The notes: generated by a model not told the origin, from the sequence alone. Positions 26,701 to 41,400 are shown, counted from the stretch's first letter. The stretch: DNA of 64,000 bases from Magallana gigas (GCF_963853765.1 NC_088858.1:12958001-13022000), one strand, 5' to 3'. Made by a program: numbers and translations.

Positions 26701-29700
26701 TTATATCAGTAGATTTTGCAAAACACAGACCAAAGATGTAAATCGTAGACTAAGTGTTTTAAACAATTAGAGTTCTCTCCCCCTAAGGCTTTAAAATTTT
26801 GTTTTTTAAAGGGGATTACCAAATAACAATTATTTTATTAGACTGAAATAATATATAAAGCAAATTTTGTCAAATGTTACATCAATAAAAATACATAGTG
26901 TTTTAATAATTATTATCCTTAACTTTTAACCATTAAAAAGAATTGATAAAAAATGCACTTTGGTTTAGATTTTGTGTATTTACGACTTGCGATGTCAAAA
27001 ATTAAAGGAGCGATAATTAAAAGATTCTCCAGGCAAAGAGTGAAACAGGTCTAAAATTCTTGTTTCAGTTTAGGAGTATTCACATTATGTCTTGAGTAAA
27101 AGAGGAAATTATAGATGAATGTTGTATGTTTCTTTTTCAAATCAAACGTATAACAGAGCAACATACAGTTTGAGTTACACAAGTCGGTCCCACAACACGA
27201 GGAGCAGGCGTGTACGTATCTCTTTCTACCAAAGGCACTGCCTGGCCTGTAGGCGTCACATATCTTGAAAAAAAAAACCAATATGTGATTCAACGCTGTT
27301 TCAGAAACCCTTTTTAGCAATCAATGTTAATTCTGAATTATTAAACACAGGCATATTCATAAGAAATAATTAAGGCACTCTTTTATAAAATAATTTTTAA
27401 AAATATTTTCATTGAAAAAAAAAGGCTAGCAAATTAGTGCTATTTTGACTCCTGAATTTAACAGGAAGAGTTAAAAAGGATAATTTATACTTTGAATTCC
27501 AATGTGTTGTTGGTTCCAAATTTCTTCTATCATTACTGACCTGTCTCTGTAGACACGATGATGAATAGAATCGTTCACCAAATTCATGGACTTCGTGGAT
27601 GTGACATACCTACAGTATATTAACAATGAAAAAAAAATAATAGATACCAAAAATATTAAAAAAGAAACAAACGCGGGCTATGTATTTTTTCTGTAATTAT
27701 AGTTATTTTTATATCCGCTTGGAGCAAAAAAACAAAGATAGCATTTTATAGTTTAGATATACAATTGACGTATCTTCAGGAAGTTTGATGTTCGTGGTCA
27801 TTTTATACTATTAGGTGATATTAAACTTCCTTAGAAAAAGAGCTCTCTATAAAGACACATGGTAAAATATTGAAGTTTTTGCGGGTTAAAATATGTTTTT
27901 TTCCTAAAGTAAATACATATAGCAGTTTAAATCCAAAAGAATCGTAGTTAGATTAAGATCTGCTGGGTAAGTCGTTGACCACCCAGCCTCCTTAAAACCA
28001 TTCAGGTGTCATGGTCGTGGTTTTACATGTATACTGTGGTGACTAGATTTACCTCATCCTCGTTACAGACTCGGACCGTTCTACACAGGGAAGGGTAATG
28101 GTCGTGGTTGTACATGTATACTGTGGTGACTAGATTTACCTCATCCTCGTTATAGACTCGGACCGTTCTACACAGGGAAGGGTAATGGTCGTGGATTTAC
28201 ATGTACACATTGGTGACTAGATTTACCTCATCCTTGTTACAGACTCGGACCGTTCTACACAGGGAACGGTAATGGTCGTGGTTTTACATGTATACAGTGG
28301 TGACTAGATTTACCTCATCCTCGTTACAGACTCGGGCCGTTCTACAAAGGGATGGGTCTGTTGTCTGTTGACAGCTAAAGCAAAGAGGTCCCCTGACCGA
28401 AGGGTAGGCTGAGTATAAAAAATAAAATATTTCAGAAATCTAGGAATTTTGTCAACTAAAGCACGGAGTTCCTTAAAACAAAGGAAACGATTTATATAAA
28501 TTATTTAAGTGGAATTTAAAATCTCAGAATTCTTAAAATACACACAGAAATTAGAAATGATTTATCAGAATAAACATCAAATCTCTGTTTGGAATAAAAA
28601 AAGTTAACATAATATATCATAAATTGATAGTTATAATATATCAAGATTAGAATAAAAGAACATTGAAAAATGATTAAATTTTTTTTTGTAAAATATCAAA
28701 TATGTTTTTGTTATCATGAATATTGTTTAATAAATATTTTGGATATATCGTATAATTTATCATATATTATTTGAAAACCATGTTGGGGATATTCTTTTGG
28801 AAATAAACGTATCGGTTACATGTTTAACAAAATAATAAAATCGCTTACCTGTGGAATTACATCCGTGACTGTTGCACGCGTTACCATGACAACACTCCAC
28901 GCACTGCTCTATCCGGTTGTTCGACGAAGCTTCTAATGGACTCCCGACAACATTTGTCAAATTACAAAACTGAAATAATATTTTTTGTAAAATCGAAAAA
29001 ATGTATTTTTAGCACACCTTCAAATATAGATGTATGGAATTCAGCAAAACATTAACATATTACAGACAAAGGTCTAACTTTCTAAGTCTAAGTTTATTGA
29101 TATGTTGGTATAAATAGCATATCATACAGTATACGAAATATACTCTAAGCAATAAAGCTAACTTGATAAAGTTGCGTTATACCACTCATACTTACTGATG
29201 GCGAATGACATCCCGTATTATACAGTATCTCTCCATTATAGTTTGTATATTTTTCCGTATAGCAGACCTACATGCAAGTGAACATGTTAAAATAGATAAT
29301 GTTCATGTAGACATACATAGATTGTACCTGTTAAATAACCGGGCTTATTTCTTATTGCTTAATAAATACATGTAGAATGTAAATACTCGTAGTAGAAGTT
29401 TTATTAATATAGTTATAATACTGAGTAATTATTATCATGTTATAAAAATATAACAAAATTTTGTAAAAACTAAAAGAACAACAAGAGATGTGTGTGAAAC
29501 ACTTATGCCCCCCTCCCTTGGAAACATCCACAAAGAAATGAACGTAAACTGCAAATAACTGTAATTTTTCTATGTCCAAGAGCCATAACTCTGTAGAAAA
29601 TTGCTCGATCGTACCCAATATCGAACTTGACCTAGATATTATCATGATAAACCTGTATACCAAATTTCATTTCAATATGTTCATCCTCTGCGAAGAAAAT

Positions 29701-31168
29701 GAACGGAAACTGCAAATAACTGGAATTTTTCTACGTCCAAGGGCCATAACTCTGTTGAAAATTGCTCGATCGTACCCAATATCGAACTTGACCTAGATAT
29801 TATCATGATAAACCTGTATACCAAATTTCATTTCAATATGTTCATCCTCTGCAAAGAAAATGAACGGAAACTGTTGGTGGACCGACCGACCGACAGACCG
29901 ACCGACAGACCAACCGACAGACAGTAGCAAAGCAATATACCCTCCCTTCTTTGAAGGGGGCATAATTATCATCTTAAAATCAAATTCTCCGTTCATTGAA
30001 TGATCAAGTATATTGACCATATGTAAAGTACTCTATAATTGGGCCATCGCACCTGTCCTTCCTCACATTTTCTGATGTAGTGACAATGACGAGGGGAGAT
30101 AACTGATGAACAGCTCAAGCAAAACAAAGGTTCCTTAGCTGTAAAGGAAAACAAATACAAAAATGTACTGAAATTGGACAACGGTATTTATTAATTTTGT
30201 GCTTAATTCAATTCTCAGTTCACAATATCTCGACTTGCCTTCAACGTAATTATAAAGATTGACTGAAATCAACAAGCCAACCAGTGACGACAGTTTCCCT
30301 GTATTAAAAGAAACCAAATAGTACCATTATATCATCTGATATTTACATAAATAATTAAACTTTATATTCACAGTAGTAAATTCATTATATAGTATGCATA
30401 CGCATCACATTTTAGAATAGGGCTTATTCGCTCCTGATTTACTCTTTATTGATTATTATCAATAACTGCATGTACTTCCATTAATTATACCAATAACTGC
30501 GTGTACTTCCATTAATTAATTTAATGCTTAAACATTATTTATACCTGTCCAATAACTGCATGTAGTTACATTATTTATACCTGCCCAATAACTGCATGTA
30601 GTTACATTATTTATACCTGTCCAATAACTGCATGTAGTTACAATATTTATACCTGTCCAATAACTGCATGTAGTTACATTATTTATACCTGTCCAACTGC
30701 ATGTAGTTACATTATTTAACTTTACCAACAAATACATGTACTTCCATTAATTATACCAATAACCACATGTTGTTCGATTACCGGTAATTATACAAATAAC
30801 TGCATGAAGTTCTATCAGTTATACCAATAACTGCATTTAGTTCCATTAAATATACCTCTAAATGCATGTAGTAACATAAATCATTAATTTTACTAAACAC
30901 TGCATGGAGTTTTTACAAGTCGTACAGTGTACATACCTATTGAAAGCGTCGCCATTACTGATACTAATTCCTTTAAGTTGAACAACTGTAATCTTCCTCG
31001 AATTTGATAAACGTGTTTAGAGATAAAATCGTCACACAAGAGAAAACTTGGATTATTCTGTACTAGAATTCAATCTAATTATTTTCAGGAAGGAGAGCTG
31101 TGTGGTTTGAAATTTTTTTAGAACGTCCGATTACCACAGAAAATTGCGAATGATGTTTTGTCCATCAT
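23705..31168 (-). CDS. Secreted fibrinogen-related protein with two N-terminal Ly6/uPAR-like (three-finger) Cys-rich modules (~433 aa, 12 exons)
   Basis: Exons in transcript order: 31168-31135 (tentative start), 30298-30239 (GC donor), 30138-30053, 29267-29196, 28969-28849, 28408-28314, 27609-27541, 27263-27167, 26675-26536, 25284-25182, 24736-24548 and 23940-23705. Phases are compatible throughout. FBG motifs include DCSDI, GGGWTVIQSR, DFNTTWQAYKDGFG, HWLGNDLIHLLT, AEYDSF, TFDHDN, GWWYRSC, NLN and SEMLVK. Each N-terminal module ends in CxxCC(x4)CN. Confidence 0.88.
28011..28352. repeat. 87-bp tandem repeat x~4 spanning the exon-6 splice donor of the LU-fibrinogen gene
   Basis: On the minus strand, GAGGATGAG|GTAAATCTAG recurs with exon-side ends at 28314, 28227, 28140 and 28053. 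Confidence 0.95.
29480..29965 (+). mobile_element. HINE/Helentron-type non-autonomous element carrying 161-bp satellite units (pearl/Cg_HINE-like)
   Basis: The element starts AACAAGAG and has subterminal inverted repeats TTATGCCCCC (~29503) and GGGGGCATAA (29956-29965). It contains two 161-bp tandem units, a (GACC/GACA)n microsatellite at ~29880-29920 and a 3' hairpin, matching the described modular layout of oyster HINEs. Confidence 0.85.
30533..30717. repeat. 36-bp minisatellite x~5 in intron 1 of the LU-fibrinogen gene, with degenerate flanking copies
   Basis: Unit ATTATTTATACCTGTCCAATAACTGCATGTAGTTAC. Confidence 0.9.
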
Positions 31169-34100
31169 CTAAAATGGACGATTTCTCGCTATTTGTTATT
31201 TTGCAAACCACAGTTGACCAAGGCTGAAAATAAAACTGTATTTCCACCCCCTCTATTACTCACATATCATCTATTAAATCTCTTATGTATATTATGAATA
31301 ATAAATTTTTAAAGACGGTGAAAATATAAGAAATAATAGTATACATAACAGATGATATAAGGTAAACAGATGAAATTCAGACAGACCGTAAAATTCATAT
31401 TTTGCAAATACGGATTTACCATTTTAATTTTAAAAATATACTGTTTTGGTCGAGGGTTATCTCTCTTCTCTTATATAAGTTAATAACCAGAAGAATTTAT
31501 TGTAAACACATATTATAAAGGCACTTTTAAGTGTCACCTGCTGATTTTAATGGGTTGGCTGTATTTTGAGGTTTATTACTTTTTTATTAAACGCATAGTT
31601 TTGATAATAAATCTTTGCCTATTCTATCCAACACGAGGTCCGTGTTTCTTAATTAAGGGTCACCTGAAGATCATAGTAAATTAACTCCAATATAAAAACC
31701 CTTCTGGAAGGAAAGATAATTTTTTTTTGAAAAAATACCGATATTTTGTAATAAAAAAAACCATTCTGATTCTTAAAATGGCAATTTAAAATGACAAAAA
31801 ACCACGCATATAAAAGAAGATGATGTCTACTATGATCTTTATTTGAAAGTAAATTACCAGACAAAAAATATCGGATTTCTATATCTATTTAAATTGTACG
31901 TTACTATTCAACTTCAGGGTCGGTTAGGGTCTTTTTTTCTTTCAAAGAATTGTCCTATGGGTTCTTATTGGTTCCATCAAACGGCTGCAAAATATCGAGG
32001 TGACCCTAGAGGGATATATAGGCTTCGTGTTTTTATTAAGCGCAAAGACTATATCACAAAATTGCGAAGCTAAGATTAATGGGGATTTTCTTCTAAATCC
32101 TTATACATGTTAATGTTTTATATCTAGCATCATAACGAGTCTTAAACACAAATTTTCCATTGTTTGTCATTTCTTATGGAAAAAAAAAATGTTAAAATCC
32201 ATGGCCCCAAGGTCAAGGAATAAACGGAATGAAAATCTTTGAAAATCTTTTAATTTACCAAGCCTAGATAGTAACTTTTTTGTCGCCTACTTTTTATTCA
32301 GAATTGACTTGACTTAGCTTCGCAATTTTTGGATATTGTCTTTGACATGAATATATAATAAATCTTCAAAAAAAAAGATAGAAAAATGGTATCCTTCAGA
32401 TGTTCTTCTGCTTATCAGAGAGCAATCTCCCACAAAAATATCGCGGTCTTAAAAAGCATTAGCGGAAGGGAATTTAAACTGCATCTGTGATATAGGTAGG
32501 TAAAACAGGTGAAAAACTCGGTGTCCCCATAAGTGACAGCATCGTTTACATATAATCAGGGGGTTTAATCCGGTGCCTCGTTGTTCCTGTCAACTCGTTG
32601 TTCTAAGAGGTCTTTGTTTGATACTTCAAAGACATTGCATATCATCAGGGACATCTTCGCGTAAGACAAAAAAGCTTGCCATCTTGGCAAGGGTAAACTC
32701 TCCACAGTGGAAACAGTGCAGTTTTTAAGTGTTTATTTATGCGGAGATTTAAATACTTGTTATAATTTGCTCTCAATACAGATGATGTATGGGATTTGGT
32801 TGCGTGGCTAATACACCTAATCGGCCGACATTATGAATTGCTGGCGAGAATTAAACAGATCAATGCTTCTATACAAGAATTAGCGGGCACTTGATCGCAG
32901 GGCTCTCGTGTTTCGCTTTTATTTTCAAACGGAACTACCTAATGGAATCGAAAATCGACCAAAGTATAGATGCTGATTTTAAATAGAGACTAACTAAGGA
33001 ACAAATGGGATATTATTGGTTCGAATACAACCGACTTCACCTGTAACAAATTTTATTGTCAATACTAATATAGACGCAATCTACTATAGAAGGTAAGACT
33101 TTATGAATGTAAATTATCAATTTCACAATATTTACGTTGATATAACATTTAAAGTACAAGAACTTTTGAAAATTTTTCGTACGATCACCTATATCTAGTT
33201 GATAAAGTGACTTAATATTATTATTCAAAAAGATCTATTGTTACATGTTTTAAAACATCTGTTTAATCATTTGATACAGCAGAGTGCTAGTACCCGTTCC
33301 ATTAACTATTTAGTAAACTCAAATAGGTCCTTTTGTATATCTTATCAATTCGATATATCTCCCGAATTAGTCGACACAATAACCATTTTAACGGTATCAA
33401 TAGGTTGGACTTCTCAATATAACAGAACTCCGTTTAAAGTCGGTGTGCTTATTTTGTTAAAACACATATGACATGTGCTGTATTGAAATGTTTAAATATC
33501 CCATAGAGAAGTATCCGTTTTTGGACGTAATGATTTCTCAACAAAGGCGGGATCTAACCTGAATACATTGGTATGCCTCTTTGGGGGACATTGGTAGATA
33601 TCTGATAAAATAAGATTGTAACTTTGTTCGAAGTTGGATCTCGACAGTGTTATCTTTAAATCGGAATCAGGGCGTTATATCGGGACATTCTATATTGTAT
33701 ATCATTGGAATATGATCTGATATCATTACTAACAGTAGAAAACATTCAAGTCAGTTGGCCTGAAAAGCTGGATTTCTATTTTTCTCATAAACATGATCCT
33801 CAATATATACCCGAAAACGGTAAAAAATTAAAACAATACCACTAGAAAAGTCTAGTCTTTTAATTTCTACCATTTAGACAATCATTAATGTTTCCGTAAG
33901 TACGAGCGTTTTAAAATCTCATCCAACTTCAATGCTTCTTTTAACCAATCAATCTATGATTTGCTCGATATCTTGTGGTTGAACAGTTTGCTTTGAAGGA
34001 TTATAAGGAGAAATGAAATGCAAATTGACCAGGCGTGAATCAAAACAAAGTGTTTTTCAAATCTAACCCTTTAGGCAGAAATATTCATTTCCAAGTCACA

Positions 34101-36106
34101 GAGATTTTATTTGTTTCAAATTTTATTTGTTCTTTAGATTGTAATTTAAATTTTTTCAATGTAATTAAGTGATTATCAAACAAAGGATACAGATTCACGT
34201 TGCCTTCAGTAATACACTTTAAATGCATTTACAAATAATCCGTTTATCAAGTGCGCGTTTTATATTATGAAGTTTATAAAACTTTGAAGGTTAAACATTT
34301 CGAATTTAATGAATAATCTTAATCAACCTGTTCTAGACAGATTTTGAACTACTTTTTATTTTGATTTATTCGTCACAATCAAAAGGAGTTTAATTTATAC
34401 GTTAACTTGCTGTTTAACATATAACCGGTTGAACATTTGTCTGGATACAACATGATCTGAAAATCTCTGCATCACTAGAAAGTGCCATTTAATGCAACAC
34501 AAATGCAAAAAAAAGAAAGAAAAAAAACGAAGAAATGCCATAACACTGATCGATGCTTGTCGGAAGTCAAACTCTTTCTACCAAATAGGTCTTTTGCCAA
34601 AGGTCCCTCGAGAAATCAATAAATTGAGATCAAAAGAGACCCTTTTGATTTGCGAGAAACTATTGTTGATTAGTTTACAATTTCAAAATTATGAATAATT
34701 TCGTAAAAAGAGGGAGTGTTAAAGCCGAGTATTTCTGAGAAATTGACAATTGATTTGATAGAAGTTCTCGCTTGTTTCTTTTTCCTTGCAAGTCATTCTA
34801 GAAATGGAATATGTGTATTAAGGACTCTAAGAAACGAATAAAATAACACAGTTCATTCGTCTATTTGTTTTTCCTTTTTCACATACATTTTCCTGTATTC
34901 GCATTTGCTTTCAAATTTCACATCTCCTGAAAAAAAACCCACCACGATGATGTTATAATTATTATTTTATAATTTGATTGAATTTAGTATTTTCACCCCA
35001 GCGAGAATATTTAATTCTACACATTTGGTAAAATACAATTTGTACTATTTTAAACATGAGATGGTCTATGTAAAGGCCTACACCCACACTTACTCACTGA
35101 GTGAGGAGTAAAGGCTGTAAACATTTTTGTAGGAAACCACTTCGATTCCAGCACACTTTAAGGTTATATATGTAATGAAAAATTACCTAATTTTATGAGT
35201 TTTTAAAAAGAATTTTGGCGTATATTAAGAAACCCAAAAACATAATTGTCATCGTTTGATACAGATAAACAACTGTCCAGTCCCTTTGATAAAACACGCC
35301 GCGTGAATTCAAGTCGAACTGATCAAAACCTATGGCATTTAGATACGAATTAAATGATAAGAAGTTCCCAGGCCCTTGCGACACTGTTTACTGACGTATT
35401 ATTTATGGCAATATACCAATAAATATATTGTTGCCCTTGTATAGATAATTTTCTGGGTTTAGACTCAAACATATTTGACTATCTTCTCTTCTTAATTAAT
35501 GCAAATTACTACCAGGGAAGAAAATTGATAAGAAAGATTTATGTATATGTAATCGAAAGAAACAAAAACATATTGCATAATTTGTACGTATGTAAGAGCT
35601 ATTTCAAGAAACATTATAAACCTATTTTTTTTGAAAACGTGTCTGTTCGAAAAGGGTAGTGAAGAATTTAGTGGTGCTATAAAGAGATAACAGAGCCCAT
35701 CTCCGTTCTCTAAGTAAACTGTCTTTGTCCAAAAGTTGATATAGAGAGAAGTGTTTTAATGACCTACGACCTGCAATGATTTATTTTCGATACCAACCGG
35801 TATGTAAAGACAAGTTTATGAAATCCATTTATTGAAATTAAATATCATATGCAAACCTAGTCTCTTCAATCGGAGGCTTTTGATATTGTGTTTAAATTTA
35901 CAGGTAAACTCTATATAGCTTTGTATTGACAAAGAGACTTACGGCATACTCTCGTTTCAAATCAGTCGAGTCAACATGGCGGCCAATTAACTAAAGTCCT
36001 TGAGGGAGTCTATATACCCTCTCTATCTCTATTGCAGATTGCTCACTCACGATGTAGCTGTTGTTCAGGCTGAACGGGACTTTCTTTGTGTATCACTGTG
36101 AAAACT

Positions 36107-38363
36107 ATGTCGAATCTGCTACGGGTGCAGATTCAAGAAAGCGACCTCAGCAGGCGAGTCTTGTCGCCATTGGTGGAGGATCTAGATGAGGATGCAGAGA
36201 ACCGACCGCCAATTCTAGAATATCTTCCAGATCTTGAAAAAGATGAAATTGTCGGTAATGAAAAGCAGAGTGAAGAGAATAACGAAGATTCTCTTAATAA
36301 CAATGAAATTCAGGAGGACGGGTTCTTAGATGCAGACGATGACAACGTCAGTGATGACGACGAGTATTTCACGGAGGATAGCATTTCTATACATACCGAT
36401 CCCGATGACTATGATACGGATTTAGAAATAGACACTGAATGTATGTTTAATCAATTATAATCATCTTTATTTTCAACTTAAATTCAAGTATATACAGGTA
36501 GACATACGTTCACAGAGTATCATTAAAAAATTAAAGCATCTGTTGTTCTTCATACTAAATGGTTTTTTTTTTAAAATTTTGTAGCTCTATTAAACCCCAA
36601 AACAACTGACCATGATACAACAGGAAAGACAAAATACATCAAAAAGTGTTTCGACTTGGGAATTAATCCAGTGTCATATTTTGTGAAAAACTTGGAAAAT
36701 AAGGAACTTAAACTCAGATTTCATGGACTTGGTGCAGAGAGTGTGAAAGCCATATCGTTCCCTCTAGAGGTAAGCGTAATCTAAATACCCAGTCTGATAC
36801 AAGCAATATACACGCCAGTTTATTCAATATTGACACAAAATATTGTATTGAGAGGGGTGTTAACCCTTGCTTCACTCGCAACTTTATTAAATTCTTTTAC
36901 ATTGTATTGAGTTTCGAGTATCTATTAATTGATTTAAAACTCTGTGCCTCATAATTTTTTGTTCATGTGTAGTAGACTTAGAAAGAATTGTTCCTTGGTG
37001 GTTCTTAACTCTGTACAAAGTATTCATAAAACAGGTGCCAAATAATATGGCACATTGGCAGAGATTGCATATACTTGTGACCTGCAGGATTACATTTGAT
37101 CATCATGTTTTAAATCTTGATGGCATTACTATGAAACAAACAAATGCGTTTTAACAAGAGGTAAACACGGCAATAGAGTGACTAAGAAGGACAAAGGACG
37201 ATCACATTTTATATCCAGAAATACTTACCCTGCCCATAAGCAACAGGAAGACACAACGAAGCAAGCGCAATTCTTTGCAATGTAATTAAAGTCCTTACGG
37301 GGCGCTATCTTATGAGACGTGGCATTTTGCATTTCCTTTTCCTATTAAAAAATCTTGTGTCTGGTTAAGGGCAAGAATTATCTTGTCACTGTAATTGTGA
37401 TTGGATAAAAAATGGTAGCGGAGAAATATCCGTTTAAAAAAAGGAAAAGAAACATTAGCACGATATCGGGGCTTTTTTAAATGAAACGATGTGTATTGAT
37501 TTAGATACTACTATGTTTTTTAAATCTGTTGAAATTCAAATGGATTGTATCAATTCATGAAAAATGACATTTAACTGATATATATTTGAATTAAGTTTAC
37601 GAATAGTTTAAGCAATGCACAATTTCCAAAAAAAAAATTATGATTATACATTTAACTGTATACGAGTTTGTCTAAAAATGGCTTTCCAAAACTGATTTTT
37701 GCTTTTAGAAAAATTTCGTACGACAAATGCATGTAGGTAAATATTGTTTTGGTCTGAAGAGAGTTAAGTGTAGACAAGATTTATTGACTTTGAATCATCT
37801 TTATGTATATTGCAGACGAACACGAATATTGAGATATTAAACCTAGAGGGCAATGGAATTGACAGCCTGGGGGCCCGCTGCTTGTGTCGTGTGCTCAGGG
37901 AGAACCTGTTTCTTACTGAAGTGGTAAGCCAACAATAATGTCGAGCGAACGCTAAAACAAACACATTCAAGTATAGGTAATGCAGAATTACCGGTAGCTG
38001 ATGGCAGAAAGTGAGAGAGAATCGATATATTGAAAGTATGAAAATAGAAAATATTACATTTTTATGCGTTCAATATTTCATTTTCAACAGGTGCTTAGCG
38101 AGAACAAAATAGGAACAGAGGGAGCCATTTCGATTTGCCAGTTTTTGAAGAGCAATCGGAATCTTTTAAAAGTCGATATGACAGGTACATGTTAATGAAA
38201 AGTAAAAATTCGATAGGACATTGTTTGAGTAACCCTAGTTATCGTTTTAACGCCTCTCATATCTATTCATTTTTGTAGCGAACGAAATTGGGGATCCCGC
38301 GGGACAAAGTTTTTCCGAGGTTTTAAAGGTAACCCTGTTATTAAGTACGAGTAAACATTGTTT

Positions 38364-38456
<93 letters not shown>

Positions 38457-41400
38457 GTACTAATGGATGCACAATGAACATAAAGTTTCTATCATATTTC
38501 TACACAAGACTATATAAATTTATGCCAGTTCACTAATAAGACAAAGAGACCGTCCTACACGAATTTTAACACAATAACACATCTTCACGATCTGTCCAAG
38601 AGAAAATGCCATTAAACTTTCTGTAATAACAGGGAAATCAAACACTAAAAGAGCTGATATTAGCCAATAACAGACTAGAGGAAACCAGTGCCCGATTTCT
38701 GAGGGAAGGGATACAAGAGAATGACAGGCTGGAAATGTTGGACCTCAGCTGGAACCACTTCAAAACTACTGGAGCCGTCGCCATTGCTGAAGGACTGCAG
38801 GTCTGCGATTTGTCGTCATTATATATGTATGACGCAATTGCGTAATATTTTTATAGATACGCAATTAAAACCATGTGTTTGAGTGAATTAATTTAAATAA
38901 AGAGAAATTTAAAAACGTCGTTGAGAAATCAAAAGGTAACATATATATAATATAAAACAACACATACCAGTTATCATGACGTTGCATACTAGCACTTCAT
39001 TGTACGTGCTTTATCATCATATTTTTTAAATAAATAAAAAACACCCATGTATATCGTAAAAATGATACAAAATAAAATATTGTACTTAAGTAAAATTATT
39101 TTAAGGAACACTAGTACAAGATTTTGTTAATTTTAATTTTGTAGGAAAACGTTGGTTTGAAAAAGTTTCGTTTTCAAATGGCCGGTCTTGCCAAAGCTGG
39201 GTCGGAAGCCATGATGAAAGCCTTAAAACACAACAGGACTCTGAGGGAACTAGACATCAGCTTCAACCGAATCCCTGTGGAAGGTGCTGCCTTTTTAGCC
39301 AATGGACTGAAAGAGAACGATGTTCTTCAGTATCTGAAGGTGAAACTTTTGTTTCCTCATTGTTTCACATCGTAAAGTCGTTAAAAATGTTTTTCACAAT
39401 GATGTGTAGATGTGTAATCATGTAAAACATAATGCCTTTTTATAGGTTGGAAATAATCCTTTTGAGAGTGAAGGAGCTATGGTCATTCTAGAAGCGGTTG
39501 AGGCAAATGAAAACAGTGCAATAAAGTACTTGGATTTCAGTGTAAGTTTTTATCCTTTAGCATTGTTACCAAGACTTACTACAATACATGGATTTAATTT
39601 CAGTGATTGTATGATAATTCTTTGTTTACTAACTTTCAGAACATGCTTGTAAAAACGGAGTTTGCTACGATTGAAGAAAGACTGAAAGAACAAAGAAAAT
39701 TAAGAATAAAACATGAGGGTATTTTGCCAGAAATGCATCCGAAGAATGGAACATATGCCCGACTTAGTGCCTTCAGAAGAGACCCAATAGAAACATTTAA
39801 GAAATACGCGGAATTCTCAGGAGTCAACCTCCATGACGTATTCAATGGCGGACATCGTCTTCGACTTGATGCAAACGAATTCAAAGATCTTATAAGGGTA
39901 AAGAAATCGTCGACAATTGATATTGTTGGTTCATACATGTATCACATGACAACTTACATTACTTAATTGTGATCTAAATTGAGAGAAGTATTTACACTTT
40001 TAAAGTTCTGTCAGTGTTCCAAAATTCACAACTTCATGTAGTGGTAATTTACTACGTGTACATGCAGTCTTTGACCCAAAAGACTAGACCCATAATCTGT
40101 CGTAAAACCACTAAGACTTTAATAACGCTTTCCGCAAATCCTTAAAAGACCCCGAGTTAGAACAATTGGGTTTTTCCAAATCCAAGATTATGTCATTTAA
40201 GACGGACACGTTACGGGGATTACTACAGTAAAGAAATGAACCGATTTATTGTTGTGACGAAAGAATTAAACATGTTGTTTTATTTACCGAAGTTATGATA
40301 AACGATAAAAAATCTATAGATTTGTCATTATATAATTGATTATTCAAAGCTTTCTGATTGGCTGAAATAAAACATTCTAAAAAATATAAGTATTATAATC
40401 ACCTACACGTGACCTAAGAGGTAAATTTTTCGACATTACTACGATTGATTATCATCATTGTAATTGTATAATACTTTCCCAAAAATTGAATTGATCAATT
40501 TGCTTTGCGAAAACAATTCATTTTCTAAAAATTAAGGCTTAGTATAAGAAGAAAAGTCTGTGAACAAAAACCTTGGTTGGGGGAGGGTGGGGGGTGGTAG
40601 GCCCCCTCCTTTTTGTATCAACGTGCCTGCAAATTTGATGCTAGTGAGCTTAACAAAGAGAAGAAAACGGAGCCTATTTTAAATGATTAATTCTGTATTT
40701 TGGATTGAATACAAGTATCTGCTTGAACTAAGGACATCAATATGCAATACCCACTAATCAAGAGATATTTACTGTAGTTAATATAGTTCCGGGTTTGATG
40801 AAATCGTGATGGCTGTACATGTAGGTCATCATTCACTTTAAATATAACATATATTCATGCACCTTTTGTCAATGTTCTGAATAAATATATATAATCAAAT
40901 ATAATAATTTAATACAAAATGAATGTATATCTAAGGCCGTTAGGGAGCGGAAATCTTTACAATAGAATTTACATAGTGATACATACATACTGAAACCATT
41001 AATTTCCATACCATTTCAATATCTATATATCGATCTACTTGCTTAGAGTTGAAGCTGTTAATCATCTTGATTTTTTATAACAACATGCACTCCGTTAAAG
41101 AATTTCCCTATATTGTCTCACTATGAATTGGAGCGTTGACATAGGATTTATAAATTTTTGTATAGAGGTTATAGAATATTTGAATTGGGTCAGGGCCTTC
41201 ATGATCCTACAGCTATGAATCCTTTTCAGTACAATACTAGTAAACATCACATGCAATTGACCCAAAGCGCCCCCTAAAATAATTTTACTGTTTACTAGTA
41301 TATAGATTTTACGTGTGCTCAAAGCTTCGTTTTATGTTTTGCGTGTATCTGCGTGAGTATTTCAGAGTTCTTCAGCAATTGGGGGTTTTGATTTTTGCAG

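Noticed and set aside
30528-30737. NNVTTCSYWTGI repeat ORF
   Set aside because: It is the translation of an intronic 36-bp minisatellite and cannot be joined in phase to the neighbouring exons.
40579-40597. G-rich tract as a candidate G-quadruplex
   Set aside because: It has only three clear G3+ runs and looks like the end of a MITE remnant.
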